A stretch of DNA of 64,000 nt from an uncultured delta proteobacterium (GCA_963785235.1 CAWAUM010000003.1:128001-192000); one strand, 5' to 3'. Counted from the stretch's first letter, positions 1-14,950 are shown. Notes: a model not told the origin generated them from the sequence alone. Program-made: numbers and translations.

Positions 1-1012
1 TTTGCGCCGTGCCTCTATCTCATCAATCGAGGGCAGATCCGGCAGCTTCATCCCGATATGCAGCCCCATCTTGGAGAGCTTTTCCTTGATCTCTTCCAGA
101 GACTTCCTGCCGAAGTTCTTGGTCTTTAACAGCTCGGCCTCGGTCTTCTGCACGAGTTCGTAGATATAGGTCATATTCGCATTTTTCAGGCAGTTGGCGG
201 AACGTACCGAAAGCTCGAGTTCCTCAACGGTCCTGAAGAGATTGTTGTTCAGTTCCTTGTCCTTCTCTTCTTCCTGGTACTCGTGCTCGATCTCTTCCTC
301 CTGGAAGTTGATGAACACATCCATATACTCTTTCTGGATCTTGGCTGCGTATGCCAGTGCATCATCCGGGGTTACTACGCCGTTCGTCCAGATCTCAAGC
401 GAGAGCCTGTCATAGTCCGTCCTTCTCCCGACAATGGTGGGCGTGACGTTGAAAGACACCCTCCTCACCGGAGAAAAGATGGCGTCAATGGGTATCCAGC
501 CATGGGTATCGAGCTTCTCCTTGATGAGTTCGGCCGGGACATAGCCGCTCCCCCAGTCCACCCTCAGTTCCATCTTGAGGGTGATGTCGCTCTGGATGGT
601 GGCGATCATCTGTTCCGGGTTGATTACATCGATCTTGCCCCCGGCTTCGATGTCTCCGGCCGTAACCTCGCACGGCCCCTTTTTCTCCAGGGTCACGGTC
701 TGGGGCTTGTCCGTATGCATGCGCATGACAACCTTCTTGAGGTTAAGAATTATGTCGGTTACATCCTCATAAACACCCGAGATGCTGGAGAATTCATGGA
801 GAACGCCTACGCTTTCTTCAAACCTCACCCCAATGATGGCAGAGCCGTAGATGGACGACAGCAGTATCCTTCTCAAGCGAATTCCCTATGGTGACACCGA
901 AACCCCGCTCCAGAGGCTGTGCATTAAAGCGGCCATAGGTATCCGTGTACGTATCTTCTACGATCTCCAACTTGGACGGCTTAATAATCTCTTTCCAGTT
1001 CTTCTCAATCAT
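1..1012 (-). CDS. rpoA: RNA polymerase alpha subunit (3' end beyond window; broken by apparent indels)
   Basis: N-term [21 protein letters not shown]; other frames give [13 protein letters not shown] and [15 protein letters not shown]; follows rpsD. Confidence 0.95.
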
Positions 1013-1034
1013 CCCTCACCCCAAGTTCTAAGTC

Positions 1035-1663
1035 TTATTTGGAATAGTACTCAATGATCAAGGTCTCCTGGACCGACATTGGCATATCCTTGCGCTCCGG
1101 CAGCGCCTTTACCTTGCCCTTCTTGGCATCCTTATTCATTTCGAGCCATTCAGTGACGCCGCGCTGTTCACGGTTCTCCAATGACGCCCCGATGGCACTC
1201 GATCTTCTTGCTCTTTTCCTTAACCTCGATCCTCATCCCCGGCCTTCACAAGGAATGAAGGAATATTAACTTTGTGTCCGTTCACTACAATATGTCCATG
1301 GCTGATGAGCTGGCGTGCGCCACTACGCGAAGGCGAGAACCCGAGACGATATACGATATTGTCGAGCCTCCTCTCCAGAAGCTGCAGGAGCTGCTCGCCG
1401 GTGACACCTTTACGGCGCTTGGCCATATCATAGTACTTACGGAACTGCGACTCGGAAACCCCATAGGTGCATCTGACCTTCTGCTTTTCCCTCAGGTGGA
1501 TCCTGTATTCAGTAGTCCTGACTCTTCCCTGGCCGTGCTGCCCCGGGGGATATTCCCGCTGCTCAATGGCACACTTATCCGTAAAGCACCTCTCACCCTT
1601 TAAGAAGAGCTTCATTCCTTCTCTGCGACAGATCTTACAAACAGGTCCTGTATATCTCGACAA
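1035..1663 (-). CDS. rpsD: 30S protein S4 (apparent frameshift ~1225)
   Basis: [26 protein letters not shown]...[13 protein letters not shown]; C-term LIIEYYSK in another frame. Confidence 0.95.
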
Positions 1664-1681
1664 GATTATTCCTCCTTCTTG

Positions 1682-2075
1682 TTATACCCTTCTTCTCTTC
1701 GGCGGCCTGCACCCGTTATGCGGTATCGGCGTAATATCCCTGATGCCGGTGATACGGATACCGCTGGCATTAATCGCCCTTAGCGCCGATTCCCGTCCGC
1801 CGCCCGGCCCCTTGATGTAAGCAAATGCGCTCCTGACTCCGAATTCGGCTGCCTTCTTGCAAGCCTCCTGGGCTGCGGTCTGGGCTGCAAACGGAGTGGA
1901 TTTGCGGGAACCTTTAAATCCCTGGGCACCCTGCAGACGACCAGCCCAGCGTATTACCCTGCTGGTCTGTGATGGTCACGATGGTATTATTGAAGGTGGC
2001 CTGGATGTGAACGATACCCTCGCTCACCTCTTTCCTGGCCTTTTTCCGTCCTGTTTTCTGTCTAGCTTTCGCCAT
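1682..2075 (-). CDS. rpsK: 30S protein S11 (apparent +1 indel ~1930)
   Basis: Manual translation: [45 protein letters not shown]; 394 nt = 3n+1. Confidence 0.93.
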
Positions 2076-2096
2076 GCAAAGCGCTCCTTAGCAAGG

Positions 2097-2465
2097 TTAT
2101 TTCTTCTTGCCGACCACGGCTCTTCTCGGGCCTTTCCTGGTCCGGGCATTGTTATGAGTATGCTGTCCCCGACAGGGCAGACCCTTGCGGTGCCTGATCC
2201 CACGATAGGAGGCGATGTCCATGAGGCGCCTGATGTTCATGGTGACTTCTCTGCGGAGGTCTCCCTCAACCACCAGAGTCTTGTCGATATAATCCCTCAT
2301 CAGAGATATGTCATGTTCCGTGAGGTCATCGCTCTTCTTTGCCGGGTCGATACTCACCGCTGCGATGATCTCGGAAGCCTTTGTCCTGCCGATACCGAAG
2401 ATGTAGGTCAGTGCGATATCGATGCGCTTGTTCCGTGGTAAGTCTACTCCTGCAATCCTAGCCAA
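2097..2465 (-). CDS. rpsM: 30S protein S13
   Basis: [26 protein letters not shown]...NARTRKGPR. Confidence 0.97.
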   Translation of the reverse strand: MARIAGVDLPRNKRIDIALTYIFGIGRTKASEIIAAVSIDPAKKSDDLTEHDISLMRDYIDKTLVVEGDLRREVTMNIRRLMDIASYRGIRHRKGLPCRGQHTHNNARTRKGPRRAVVGKKK

Positions 2466-2480
2466 GACTCATGCCTCCTT

Positions 2481-2594
2481 TTAACCCTGTCTCTGGTTAT
2501 GACGCGGATTATCGCAGATTACCCTGACAATCCCGCTTCTTCTGATAATCTTGCACTTCCTGCACCGCTTCTTCACTGATGCGCTTACCTTCAT
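2481..2594 (-). CDS. rpmJ: 50S protein L36
   Basis: Manual translation [37 protein letters not shown] (37 aa). Confidence 0.96.
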   Translation of the reverse strand: MKVSASVKKRCRKCKIIRRSGIVRVICDNPRHNQRQG

Positions 2595-2607
2595 ATCCGC
2601 CTCATTA

Positions 2608-2824
2608 TCACTTTGATCGGTAGACGATCCTGCCTTTTGTCAGATCATAGGGCGAAATCTCTACCTGTACTTTATCCCCTGGTAATATCCGGATGTAATG
2701 CATCCTCATCTTGCCCGAGATATGCGCGAGTATCTGGTGCCCGTTGGCCAACTCCACCTTGAACATGGCGTTCGGGCAGCGGTTCCAGTACCTTTCCTTC
2801 AGCCTCGATTACATCCTTTGCCAT
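2608..2824 (-). CDS. infA: Translation initiation factor IF-1 (apparent +1 indel ~2775)
   Basis: [17 protein letters not shown] / [35 protein letters not shown]; 217 nt = 3n+1. Confidence 0.93.
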
Positions 2825-2831
2825 ACGTTCG

Positions 2832-4815
<1,984 letters not shown>

Positions 4816-4824
4816 ATTTAACCC

Positions 4825-5272
4825 CTAAAGAGCTTCGAAGGTCCCACCGGCCTTCGCAATCTTGTCGACAGCCGCCTGTGATGCCTTATCCAGCTTCACT
4901 GTCAAAGGAAAATCTATATCACCTTCACCAAGCAGCTTGACGCAGGCCGTCAGATTCGGGATCTTGCCCTTGTCTTTCAGTGCCCTGCGGTCTACCACTG
5001 CGCCCTTTTCGAATATGGAAAGGTCCCTGATATTCACGACTGCGTATTCTTTCTTGAACAGGAAGTTCTTGAACCCTCTCTTGGGGAGCCTGCGGTAGAT
5101 GGGCATCTGTCCGCCTTCAAACCACTGGGGCACGCTGCCGCCGGAACGGGCCTTCTGGCCTTTTGCAGCCGCGGCCGCTGGTGGTGCCCATGCCCGATGC
5201 ATTGCCTCTTCCCACCCTCTTCTTTTTCTTCCGTGATCCTGCCGCAGGTTTCAGGTTCGATAGATCGAGCAT
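4825..5272 (-). CDS. rplO: 50S protein L15 (apparent indel ~5165)
   Basis: [23 protein letters not shown] then KGQKARSGG...[17 protein letters not shown]. Confidence 0.94.
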
Positions 5273-5273
5273 G

Positions 5274-5456
5274 TTATGCCTCCTCCCAGGTTAAAAGATG
5301 AGGCACCTTCTTGATGGCGCCACGTGTTGCATCGTTGTCGGGTAGCAACCTCGACCTGCCGCGCCTCTTCAGACCCAACGCCGTAACGACAGCCCTCTGC
5401 TTATGTGTGCTGTGTATCACCGAACGGCTCAATGTAATCTTTATCTTACCAGCCAT
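5274..5456 (-). CDS. rpmD: 50S protein L30
   Basis: 60 aa, KITLSRSVI...ALGLKR...[10 protein letters not shown]; between rpsE and rplO. Confidence 0.93.
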   Translation of the reverse strand: MAGKIKITLSRSVIHSTHKQRAVVTALGLKRRGRSRLLPDNDATRGAIKKVPHLLTWEEA

Positions 5457-5482
5457 GATTTCTTTTCCATCCCTTTTTATGT

Positions 5483-5989
5483 TTACGATGCAACGTCAAG
5501 CGACTTGCCCCGCTTGGCCTCGACAGCTTCTTTCGTTTCCATGCGCTCCAGTGCATCAAGGGTGGCGCGGATGACGTTGTTATGATTGCGCGAGCCTAAA
5601 GTCTTGGCCACAACGTTCTTATACCCTGCAGCCTCCATGACGGCCCGAACAGCGTTTCCTGCAATGATGCCCGTACCCTCGGGGGCCGGTTTCACATATA
5701 CCTTGGATGATCCGAACTCTCCGGTTATGGCATGGGGGATCGTGCCTTTAATGATGGGCACATCCACCATCGCTTTCTTGGCAGCCTCAACCCCTTTGCG
5801 TATACTCACCGCAACTTCCTTGGCCTTGCCGAGACCGTGACCGACCTTGCCATTGCCGTCGCCCACGACCACGAGCGCACTGAAACGAAAGCGTTTGCCG
5901 CCTTTTACAACCTTGGCGACGCGGTTGATGTACACAACCTTGTCGATCAACTGATCTTTGTCTTCTTCGAATTTATCAAATCTCGCCAA
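5483..5989 (-). CDS. rpsE: 30S protein S5
   Basis: INRVAKVVKGGKRFRFSALVVVGDGNG. Confidence 0.97.
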   Translation of the reverse strand: MARFDKFEEDKDQLIDKVVYINRVAKVVKGGKRFRFSALVVVGDGNGKVGHGLGKAKEVAVSIRKGVEAAKKAMVDVPIIKGTIPHAITGEFGSSKVYVKPAPEGTGIIAGNAVRAVMEAAGYKNVVAKTLGSRNHNNVIRATLDALERMETKEAVEAKRGKSLDVAS

Positions 5990-6007
5990 TTTACCACCTC
6001 GCTGTTA

Positions 6008-6370
6008 TTAGAACTTCAGCCCGCCCTCACGTGCGGCTTCTGAGAGGGCCTTGATCTTGCCATGATACTTATACCCGGAGCGGTCAAATACCACCTTTTC
6101 AATACCCTTTTCTTTGGCCTTTGCTGCCAAAAGCGAACCTACCTGCTTCGCGGTCTCGATGCTGAAACCCTTCACCTTTCCGCGAATCTCAGGGCTCAGG
6201 CTGGATGCAGCTACCAGCGTAGTGCCCTTGGTGTCGTCGATGATCTGGGTATAGATGTTATTGTTGCCCCGATATACGCTCAGACGGAGCCTCTCCGGCG
6301 TACCGCTGATTGTCTTCCGGCCCCGATCTTTCCTGAGAATCCAGGCTTCCTTCACACTCTTCTTGCTCAC
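6008..6370 (-). CDS. rplR: 50S protein L18
   Basis: [28 protein letters not shown]. Confidence 0.96.
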   Translation of the reverse strand: MSKKSVKEAWILRKDRGRKTISGTPERLRLSVYRGNNNIYTQIIDDTKGTTLVAASSLSPEIRGKVKGFSIETAKQVGSLLAAKAKEKGIEKVVFDRSGYKYHGKIKALSEAAREGGLKF

Positions 6371-6395
6371 GTTACCTACTCCTTACAATTAAGCC

Positions 6396-6945
6396 TTAGC
6401 CTTTGGAAGCGCTCTTGCCAGGCTTGATCCTCACTACTTCCCCGTCGTACCGGATGCCTTTGCCCGCATAGGAATCAGGCTTGCGCACCTTGCGGATGCG
6501 TGCAGCCACATCCCCTAAAAGCTCTTTGTCTATCCCGGACAGTTCAATGAGCACCATCTTTGCTCACCGAGCCACTGACCCCCTTGGGAAGAGGAAACTC
6601 TACCGGATTCGAGTAACCCACGCTCAACACCAGCGCGTCTCCCTTGCCCTCACCGCGGTATCCGACTCCCACAATTCTGAGCTTCCTGGTAAAACCATCC
6701 GTAACGCCTATCACCATGTTATTGGCAAGCGCCCGCATGAGCCCATGAAAGGCCTTTGTTGTGCGTTCATCGTCAAGCGTGCTGAAGGTAAGCTCGTTAC
6801 CCTCAATCTTCACCTCGATGTTGCCCACGCACTTCTTTTCCAGCGCGCCCTTGGGCCCCTTCACCTTGAGGATTCCGTTGTCCAGCGTTATCATGACGCC
6901 CTTGGGTATTGCTATGGGCAGTTTTCCAATCCTTGATGTCGACAT
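6396..6945 (-). CDS. rplF: 50S protein L6 (apparent indel ~6555)
   Basis: [18 protein letters not shown]; C-term [13 protein letters not shown] in another frame. Confidence 0.94.
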
Positions 6946-6958
6946 GGCTATCGTCTCC

Positions 6959-7351
6959 TTACCAGACCTTGATCAGGACTTCTCCGCCCACGTTACTGGC
7001 CTTTGCCTTAAGGTCAGTCATGAGTCCGGTAGACGTGCTCACGATGGATATGCCAAGTCCGCCCCGTATATTCGGTATCTCGTCGGAACCTTTATAAACC
7101 CTTCTCCCCGGCCGCGAGACCCTCTGGATGCCGCTGATGACGTGACGGGAGTTGAAGTATTTCAGGCTCACCCGCAGCATGCCCTGCTTCTGGTCATCGA
7201 TAACCCTGTACGCCTTGATATAGCCCTCTTTCATGAGGATATCGGCGATATCTATCTTGAGTTTCGATGCCGGGATGTCAACGCTCTCCTTCATGGCCAG
7301 CGCTGCGTTACGAATCCTGGTGATCATGTCCGCAATGGGATCGCTATGCAT
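6959..7351 (-). CDS. rpsH: 30S protein S8
   Basis: [16 protein letters not shown]...SRPGRRVY...GGEVLIKVW; the ORF-track N-terminal extension overlaps S14 and is spurious. Confidence 0.95.
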   Translation of the reverse strand: MHSDPIADMITRIRNAALAMKESVDIPASKLKIDIADILMKEGYIKAYRVIDDQKQGMLRVSLKYFNSRHVISGIQRVSRPGRRVYKGSDEIPNIRGGLGISIVSTSTGLMTDLKAKASNVGGEVLIKVW

Positions 7352-7365
7352 CTGATGTTCCTCTC

Positions 7366-7551
7366 TTACCAGCTTGATTTCTTTAAACCCGGGATCTCGC
7401 CCTTCATGGCGTAATTCCTCAGGCATATCCGACAGATGCCGAACTTGCGGTAATATGCGTGCGGCCTGCCGCACAGCATGCACCTGTTGTATTGTCTCAC
7501 CTTGAACTTCGGTGACCTTTTCTGTTTTGCGATCAATGATTTTTTCGCCAT
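7366..7551 (-). CDS. rpsZ: 30S protein S14, short zinc-binding type
   Basis: 61 aa with CMLC and CRIC motifs. Confidence 0.95.
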   Translation of the reverse strand: MAKKSLIAKQKRSPKFKVRQYNRCMLCGRPHAYYRKFGICRICLRNYAMKGEIPGLKKSSW

Positions 7552-7560
7552 AGAATCCCC

Positions 7561-8101
7561 TTACTTCCGAAATGGCATACCAAAAGCGGTAAGCAGGCTC
7601 CTGCTCTCATCATCGCTCTTAGCAGTGGTCACAATGGTTATATTCATACCCCTGAGCTTTTCAACCGCATCGAAGTCTATCTCCGGGAACACGGTCTGGT
7701 CCGTAAGACCCATCGTGTAATTCCCGCGTCCGTCAAAACCCTTCGGAGCAGATCCCGCGAAAGTCCCTTACGCGGGGGAGCACCGCATTGATGAACCTGT
7801 CGAGAAACTCAAACATCTGGCTTCCGCGCAGAGTAACGGCGCACCCCACAGGCATACCTTCCCTGAGCTTGAATGCGGCAATTGACTTGCGCGCCTTCCT
7901 GACAATGGGCTTCTGTCCGGTGATGAGCGTGAGTTCGTTCACTGCCTTGTCGATGATCTTGACGTCTGCGACTGCCTCACCCAGACCCATGTTCAAGACG
8001 ACCTTCGTAATCTTGGGGATCTGATGGATATTGCTATATCCAAATTCCGCCTTCAGTGCAGGCACGATCTCTTTACTATAATAATCCTTGAGCCTTGCCA
8101 T
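7561..8101 (-). CDS. rplE: 50S protein L5 (apparent +1 indel ~7750)
   Basis: [28 protein letters not shown] / [10 protein letters not shown]; 541 nt = 3n+1. Confidence 0.95.
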
Positions 8102-8109
8102 CTATAACC

Positions 8110-8445
8110 TCACTTATCCAATTCCTCGCCGCAGCGCCTACAGACCCTGACCTTGGCGCCGTCTTCATGCGCCTTATATCCGATGCGTACACCTTTTTTG
8201 CACTTGGGGCAGACTAGCGCCACATTGGATTTATGTATACCCGCCTCTTTCTCCACGATACCGCCTTGCGAGGTCTGCGTGGGCTTGGTGTGCTTCTTGA
8301 TGATATTCACCCGCTCCACAAGAAGCTTATCCTTCTTGTGGATCAGCCGCATCACCTGGCCCTGCTTGCCCTTGTTCTTTCCGGCAAGGATTACTACCGT
8401 GTCGCCTTTTTTTATCCTGCCTGTCTCGTACCTTACCACTGCCAT
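8110..8445 (-). CDS. rplX: 50S protein L24
   Basis: KOW motif IKKGDTVVILAGKNKGKQG; C-term CPKC...CRRC. Confidence 0.96.
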   Translation of the reverse strand: MAVVRYETGRIKKGDTVVILAGKNKGKQGQVMRLIHKKDKLLVERVNIIKKHTKPTQTSQGGIVEKEAGIHKSNVALVCPKCKKGVRIGYKAHEDGAKVRVCRRCGEELDK

Positions 8446-8459
8446 GTGTCAACTCCTAA

Positions 8460-8828
8460 TTAGAGCACTTCCGGTGCCAGCGAGACTATCTTCATAAAGT
8501 TCTTTGCCCTGAGCTCGCGGGCAACAGGTCCGAATATACGTGTGCCGATGGGCTCATTCTGGGTGTTCAGGATAACGGCCGAGTTCTCATCGAACCTGAT
8601 GCTCGTCCCGTCAGAGCGCTTCTGCGTCTTCTTGGTCCTTACGACCACGGCCTTAACCACCTCGCCCTTCTTTACCTTGGAACGGGGAATTGCTTCTTTT
8701 ACACTCGCGACGATTACGTCGCCCAAATAGGCATATCTGCGCCTGGTTCCGCCTAACACCTTAATGCACATAATCTCTTTCGCACCTGAATTATCCGCAA
8801 CCTTGAGCCTTGTCTGCTGTTGGACCAT
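8460..8828 (-). CDS. rplN: 50S protein L14
   Basis: [10 protein letters not shown]...[13 protein letters not shown]. Confidence 0.98.
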   Translation of the reverse strand: MVQQQTRLKVADNSGAKEIMCIKVLGGTRRRYAYLGDVIVASVKEAIPRSKVKKGEVVKAVVVRTKKTQKRSDGTSIRFDENSAVILNTQNEPIGTRIFGPVARELRAKNFMKIVSLAPEVL

Positions 8829-8857
8829 GGGTAGCCTCCGCCACTAAAACCTTACTT

Positions 8858-9115
8858 CTATTCCTGTCTCTCGAGGATCTTCACAATCCTCCAGCTCTTG
8901 TCTTTGCTGATGGGCCTGCACTCACGGATAAGAACCTTATCACCAGGTTTGCACTCATTACGTTCGTCATGAGCCTTGAACTTGGTGCGTCTGCGAATAT
9001 ACTTTTCAAAGACGGGGTGCTTCTCAAGCCGTTCAACGGTCACTACAGCGGTCTTGTCCATCTTGTCGCTCGTGACCACTCCTTGCAACTCCAGCTTTCC
9101 TGATTTTTCTACCAT
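8858..9115 (-). CDS. rpsQ: 30S protein S17
   Basis: [11 protein letters not shown]...AHDE...[11 protein letters not shown]. Confidence 0.97.
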   Translation of the reverse strand: MVEKSGKLELQGVVTSDKMDKTAVVTVERLEKHPVFEKYIRRRTKFKAHDERNECKPGDKVLIRECRPISKDKSWRIVKILERQE

Positions 9116-9300
9116 TACTGTTTCTCCCGGGTGATCGTATTGATCCGCGCAATATCACGACGCAGCTTGCCAATAAGGGTCTTGTCCTTGAGCTGGCCCA
9201 TGGCCTTCTTAAAGCGTGTGTCCATCAGTTCGCGCTCGAGTTTCGTCTTGATCTGGGAGACCTCGCCGGCTGTCTTCTCGCGTATTTCCTTCACCTTCAT
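9115..9300 (-). CDS. rpmC: 50S protein L29
   Basis: 61 aa, [10 protein letters not shown]; position in S10 operon. Confidence 0.94.
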   Translation of the reverse strand: MKVKEIREKTAGEVSQIKTKLERELMDTRFKKAMGQLKDKTLIGKLRRDIARINTITREKQ

Positions 9301-9716
9301 ATGGCTGCTCCCTCACGTGCAACAAACCTGGTCTTCACGGGCAGCTTGTGGGATGCAAGACGGAAGGCCTCCTTGGCCTGTTCCAGGGTAACCCCGTCGA
9401 TCTCGAAGAGTATCCTGCCGGGTCTTACCGGCGCAACCCATTCCTCCGGGGCGCCTTTGCCCTTTCCCATACGCGTCTCAGCAGGCTTCTTGGTGATGGG
9501 CTTATCAGGGAAAAGCCTGATCCATACCTTGCCGCCTCTTTTAATAAAGCGCGTGATAGCTACGCGTGCCGCTTCTATCTGTCTTGCAGTAATCCAGTGG
9601 GGCTCCAATGTCTGCAGTCCATATGTCCCAAAGGCCACCCTAGCTCCACGCTCCGGGCTGCCCTTCATGCGTCCCCGCATCTGTTTTCTATGTTTTACCT
9701 TGTTCGGCATCAACAT
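9297..9716 (-). CDS. rplP: 50S protein L16
   Basis: [19 protein letters not shown]; ATG chosen from GGGAG RBS spacing. Confidence 0.96.
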   Translation of the reverse strand: MLMPNKVKHRKQMRGRMKGSPERGARVAFGTYGLQTLEPHWITARQIEAARVAITRFIKRGGKVWIRLFPDKPITKKPAETRMGKGKGAPEEWVAPVRPGRILFEIDGVTLEQAKEAFRLASHKLPVKTRFVAREGAAI

Positions 9717-9730
9717 GGCCAAGATCTCCC

Positions 9731-10381
9731 TTAAGTAGTGCTTGCCTGTTCCTGTTTCTTCATGATGTCACCGTGGTATACCCACACCTTCACACCAATG
9801 ACCCCATACATAGTGAATGCTTCCTTGAAGCCGTAGTCAACGTCGCTGCGAAGTGTGTGCAAAGGCACCCGGCCTTCGCGGTACCACTCCCTGCGGGCGA
9901 TTTCAGCCCCACCAAGCCTTCCGGAACAGGCAACCTTGATGCCCTGGGCGCCCATCCTCATGGCCTGGCTCACTGCCCTCTTCATGGCGCGACGGAATGC
10001 GACCCTGCGCTCAAGCTGGCTCGCAATGCCTTCTGAGACGATCTGGGCATCGGTCTCGGGACGTCTGACTTCCTTGATCTCCAGCATGATCTCTTTGTTC
10101 ACGAACTTGGCAAGGTCGTTCTTTATGGTTTCCGCGCCCTGGCCCTTCCTGCCGATCACAAGACCAGGCCTGCCTGTAAAGATTACAAGCTTCACCTTGT
10201 TGGCGGCGCGCTCGATAATGATGTTCGAGATCCCTGCATGGCTTAAGTTCTTATGAATAAAATTGCGGATCTTGCGATCTTCAACGAAGAGAATGCCAAA
10301 ATTTTTCTCAGCATACCACTTGGCCTTCCAGTCCTTGGTAATCCCAAGCCGAAATCCGTACGGATGAATCTTCTGTCCCAC
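9731..10381 (-). CDS. rpsC: 30S protein S3
   Basis: [32 protein letters not shown]. Confidence 0.98.
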   Translation of the reverse strand: MGQKIHPYGFRLGITKDWKAKWYAEKNFGILFVEDRKIRNFIHKNLSHAGISNIIIERAANKVKLVIFTGRPGLVIGRKGQGAETIKNDLAKFVNKEIMLEIKEVRRPETDAQIVSEGIASQLERRVAFRRAMKRAVSQAMRMGAQGIKVACSGRLGGAEIARREWYREGRVPLHTLRSDVDYGFKEAFTMYGVIGVKVWVYHGDIMKKQEQASTT

Positions 10382-10396
10382 TTATCGACCCCTTTC

Positions 10397-10729
10397 CTAA
10401 AGCTCTTCTAAGACCACGGCTATGTGAGAAGTCCTCTTGATGATGCGGTTTGCCTTGCCTTGGGCACGTGGGCGAAACCTCTTCATAGTCGGGCCTTCAT
10501 CAATCTGGATGGATTTCACATAGAGATTATCCACATCCATCATACCCGTATTCATGGCATTGGCCACGGCCGAGTTCAGGACCTTGGCAATGATACGGGC
10601 GCGCTTGGTGCCGAGCAGATTAAGCATGCGCAATGCTTCGGCTATACGCTTACTTCTTACCTGGTCAGCCAGGAGCCTCGTCTTCTGGGGCGAAACCCTG
10701 GAATGTTTTAATATTGCCTTGGCCTCCAT
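10397..10729 (-). CDS. rplV: 50S protein L22
   Basis: RVSPQKTR, SAVANA, KRFRPRAQG...KRTSHI. Confidence 0.97.
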   Translation of the reverse strand: MEAKAILKHSRVSPQKTRLLADQVRSKRIAEALRMLNLLGTKRARIIAKVLNSAVANAMNTGMMDVDNLYVKSIQIDEGPTMKRFRPRAQGKANRIIKRTSHIAVVLEEL

Positions 10730-10732
10730 TGC

Positions 10733-11014
10733 CTACCCCTTCCTCGATGACTTTCTGTCGCCTGCATGGCCGAAGAAGGTTCGTGTCGGCGAGAATTCCC
10801 CAAGCTTGTGCCCCACCATCTCCTCGGTGCAGTAGACCGGGACAAACTTCTTGCCGTTGTGCACGGCAAAGGTAAGCCCTACAGACTCAGGGAGGATGAC
10901 CGAGCGCCTCGACCAGGTCTTGATAACCTTACGACTGCCTGACTCCTGGGCCTGGAGAACCTTTTTCAGCAGGTGATCATCAACGAACGGCCCTTTCTTC
11001 AGTGAGCGTGCCAC
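10733..11014 (-). CDS. rpsS: 30S protein S19
   Basis: [29 protein letters not shown]. Confidence 0.98.
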   Translation of the reverse strand: MARSLKKGPFVDDHLLKKVLQAQESGSRKVIKTWSRRSVILPESVGLTFAVHNGKKFVPVYCTEEMVGHKLGEFSPTRTFFGHAGDRKSSRKG

Positions 11015-11017
11015 GGT

Positions 11018-11839
11018 TTACTTCCTCCTCTTTACTATATACTTATTGGAGTCCTTTGTGCGGTTCCTGGTCTTGTGACCCTTCGTGGAAACGCCCCATG
11101 GCGTGACGGGATGATTGCCCTTAACCCTGCCTTCGCCGCCTCCGTGCGGATGATCAACCGGATTCATGGCAACGCCTCGCACTGTCGGCCTGATGCCCAT
11201 CCAGCGTTTCCTGCCTGCCTTGCCGATGGTGATGTTCTGATGGCTTACGTTGCCCACCTGCCCGATGGTGGCCTTGCACTCGGCAAAGACCTTGCGTACC
11301 TCGCCAGAAGGCATCTTGATCTGAACGTATGTGCCTTCTTTTGCAAGCACCTGCCCGTATGTGCCGGCGGACCTGATGAGCTGTCCGCCCTTGCCCATCT
11401 TGCATTCAACATTATGAACGAACGTGCCAAGAGGCATGGCCTTCAGGCTCAGGACATTACCCGTCCTGATCTCAGCCTCTTCGGAGGCAAGGACCATGCT
11501 GCCCACGGTCAGTCCTTCGGGCCAGAGCATATAGCGCTTCTCTCCGTCCGCATACTGCACAAGCGAAATCCTGGCAGTACGGTTGGGATCGTACTCGATG
11601 GTCATGATCTTGCCGGGCACGCCTACCTTATCCCGTCTGAAATCAATGATGCGATAGAGCCTTGTGCTGCCGCCGCCCTGATGTCGCACCGTGATACGGC
11701 CCAGGTTGTTCCGGCCGCTGTTCTTCTTGAGACGGAAGGTCAGGGCTTTTTCAGGCTCAGTTACCGTGATCTCCTCAAAGGTGGAGACAGTCATGGACCG
11801 CCTGCCGGCCGATGTTGGTTTGAAGCCGCGTATGCTCAT
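11018..11839 (-). CDS. rplB: 50S protein L2
   Basis: [28 protein letters not shown]. Confidence 0.98.
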   Translation of the reverse strand: MSIRGFKPTSAGRRSMTVSTFEEITVTEPEKALTFRLKKNSGRNNLGRITVRHQGGGSTRLYRIIDFRRDKVGVPGKIMTIEYDPNRTARISLVQYADGEKRYMLWPEGLTVGSMVLASEEAEIRTGNVLSLKAMPLGTFVHNVECKMGKGGQLIRSAGTYGQVLAKEGTYVQIKMPSGEVRKVFAECKATIGQVGNVSHQNITIGKAGRKRWMGIRPTVRGVAMNPVDHPHGGGEGRVKGNHPVTPWGVSTKGHKTRNRTKDSNKYIVKRRK

Positions 11840-11842
11840 CGG

Positions 11843-12133
11843 TTATACCCCTTCTATAAAGTCGATGGACTCGCCTGTTTTCAGCGTGACTATCGCCTTC
11901 TTCCAATCGGAGCGCTGGTAGGTACGTTGTCCCCAACGCTTCATCTTGCCCTTGAAATTCATGGTCTTCACGTCTTCGACGTGCACACCAAACATCTCTT
12001 CCACAGCCTGCTTGATCTCTATCTTGTTGGCGTCCGGCGTCACGGAGAAGATCACCTTGTTGCCCTTTTCTTTGAGCATGGTCCCTTTTTCCGTAACGAG
12101 GGGCCGCTTCAGTATGCTGCTTGCGGTCTTCAT
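11843..12133 (-). CDS. rplW: 50S protein L23
   Basis: RPLVTEK, ANKIEIKQAVE, WKKAIVTL. Confidence 0.97.
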   Translation of the reverse strand: MKTASSILKRPLVTEKGTMLKEKGNKVIFSVTPDANKIEIKQAVEEMFGVHVEDVKTMNFKGKMKRWGQRTYQRSDWKKAIVTLKTGESIDFIEGV

Positions 12134-12754
12134 GGCTTCAGCCTCTCTTGAATAAGCTCTACAGCCTTGACGTCAATGACCAGGCCTTTGTATTTCAGGA
12201 TGTCATAGACATTCAGGCCTTTCACATCCAAAAGTTTGCTCTTGGCATGGTTCCTGGAGGCGAGCGCAACATTCGCAGGCGGCATCGCCGATAATCACCA
12301 GCGAATTCTCCATACCTAAAGAGCCAAGGGCCTTTGTGTACAGCTTGGTCTTGGGCTCTGTGAACTCCATGGCGTCCACTACCCTGAGCATGTTCTCGTT
12401 CGCCTTCATGGACAGCGCCGAGCACAGCGCCTGTCTCCTGACCTTCTTGGGCAGGCTTATGACATAGTTCCTGTTGTTCGGTCCGAAGATCACACCGCCG
12501 TGTCTCCATATGGGGGAACGGTTGGTGCCGGCCCGAGCACGTCCTGTGCCCTTCTGCCGCCATGGCTTCTTCCCGCCGCCACTGACCTCGGCCCTTGTCT
12601 TGGTCTTGGCTGTGGCAGCCCTTTTATTGGCCCTCTGCCAGATGACCACATCATGTATCAGGTGAGGTTTCACCTCGCACCCGAACACGGAATCATCGAG
12701 CTCTATCTCTCGAACCTTTTCACCTGCAATGTTGAACACATCAACAACCGGCAT
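12130..12754 (-). CDS. rplD: 50S protein L4 (apparent +1 indel ~12280)
   Basis: KPWRQKGTGRARAG; C-term GLNVYDILKY in another frame; 625 nt = 3n+1. Confidence 0.95.
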
Positions 12755-12757
12755 GAC

Positions 12758-13387
12758 TTAACCCTCTTGCTTCCTCAATATAACGAGCTGTCCCTTGCTA
12801 CCGGGGACTGCCCCACGGATAGCGATCATGTTCTTATCTTCCAAGATGTCAATAACTCTCAAGCCCTTCGTCGTGACTTGTTTGCAACCCATATGCCCGG
12901 GCATCTTCTTGTTCTTGGTAACCTTGCCCGGCGAGGTGTTGGTGCCGATGGACCCTGTTTCGTTCAGGATGAGCGAGCCATGGCTGGCCGGCAGACCGCC
13001 GAAACCGTGCCTGCGGATAACGTTGGCAAAGCCCTTTCCCTTGGAGATACCGGTGATCTTGATCTTCTCGCCCTTGGCGAATACTTCGCTCGCCTTGATC
13101 TCCTGGCCTTCTTCCACGGCACTCACATCATCACATGGCACTTCGCGCAGGTTATAGAAAAAACCCTTGCCGGCCTTTTCCTGGTGGCCTTTATCCGGCT
13201 TGCTGACGCGCGATTCCTTCTTTTGGCCAAAGCCGAGCTGCAGCGCATCGTAGCCGTCTCTGTCCTTGAACTTCTTCTGGACAACATAGCATGGCCCCAC
13301 CTGAATGAGCGTTACCGGCACCACATCCCCGTTCTCATTGAACACCTGGGTCATGCCAAGCTTTTTTCCAATTATACCCTTGATCAT
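12758..13387 (-). CDS. rplC: 50S protein L3
   Basis: GIIGKKLGMTQVF, SKGKGF, KKMPGHMG, GAVPG; ATG follows GGAG. Confidence 0.96.
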   Translation of the reverse strand: MIKGIIGKKLGMTQVFNENGDVVPVTLIQVGPCYVVQKKFKDRDGYDALQLGFGQKKESRVSKPDKGHQEKAGKGFFYNLREVPCDDVSAVEEGQEIKASEVFAKGEKIKITGISKGKGFANVIRRHGFGGLPASHGSLILNETGSIGTNTSPGKVTKNKKMPGHMGCKQVTTKGLRVIDILEDKNMIAIRGAVPGSKGQLVILRKQEG

Positions 13388-13405
13388 GGCTGTCTCCACA
13401 AAGCT

Positions 13406-13714
13406 TTAGAGCTTGATCTCTACATCCACCCCGGCAGAGAGATCCAGTTTCATCAAAGAGTCTACGGTCTGCTGGGTGGGGTCAATAATGTCCAGGAGAC
13501 GCTTAAAGGTTCGAATCTCAAACTGGTCCCTTGATTTCTTGTCAACGTGAGGAGACCTGAGGACACAATACTTCTCGATCTTGGTGGGTAAAGGGATCGG
13601 ACCGGCCACGTGGGCGCCTGTCCTTCTGGCTGCATCAACAATCTCCTGAACGGACTGGTCGATAAGCTTGTGGTCATATCCTTTCAGTCGTATGCGAATC
13701 CTTTGTGTCTCCAT
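13406..13714 (-). CDS. rpsJ: 30S protein S10
   Basis: [21 protein letters not shown]. Confidence 0.98.
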   Translation of the reverse strand: METQRIRIRLKGYDHKLIDQSVQEIVDAARRTGAHVAGPIPLPTKIEKYCVLRSPHVDKKSRDQFEIRTFKRLLDIIDPTQQTVDSLMKLDLSAGVDVEIKL

Positions 13715-13753
13715 GCTTTTTATACTCCTGTTTTCTTCTGGGTAAGCCCTTTA

Positions 13754-14942
<1,189 letters not shown>

Positions 14943-14950
<8 letters not shown>

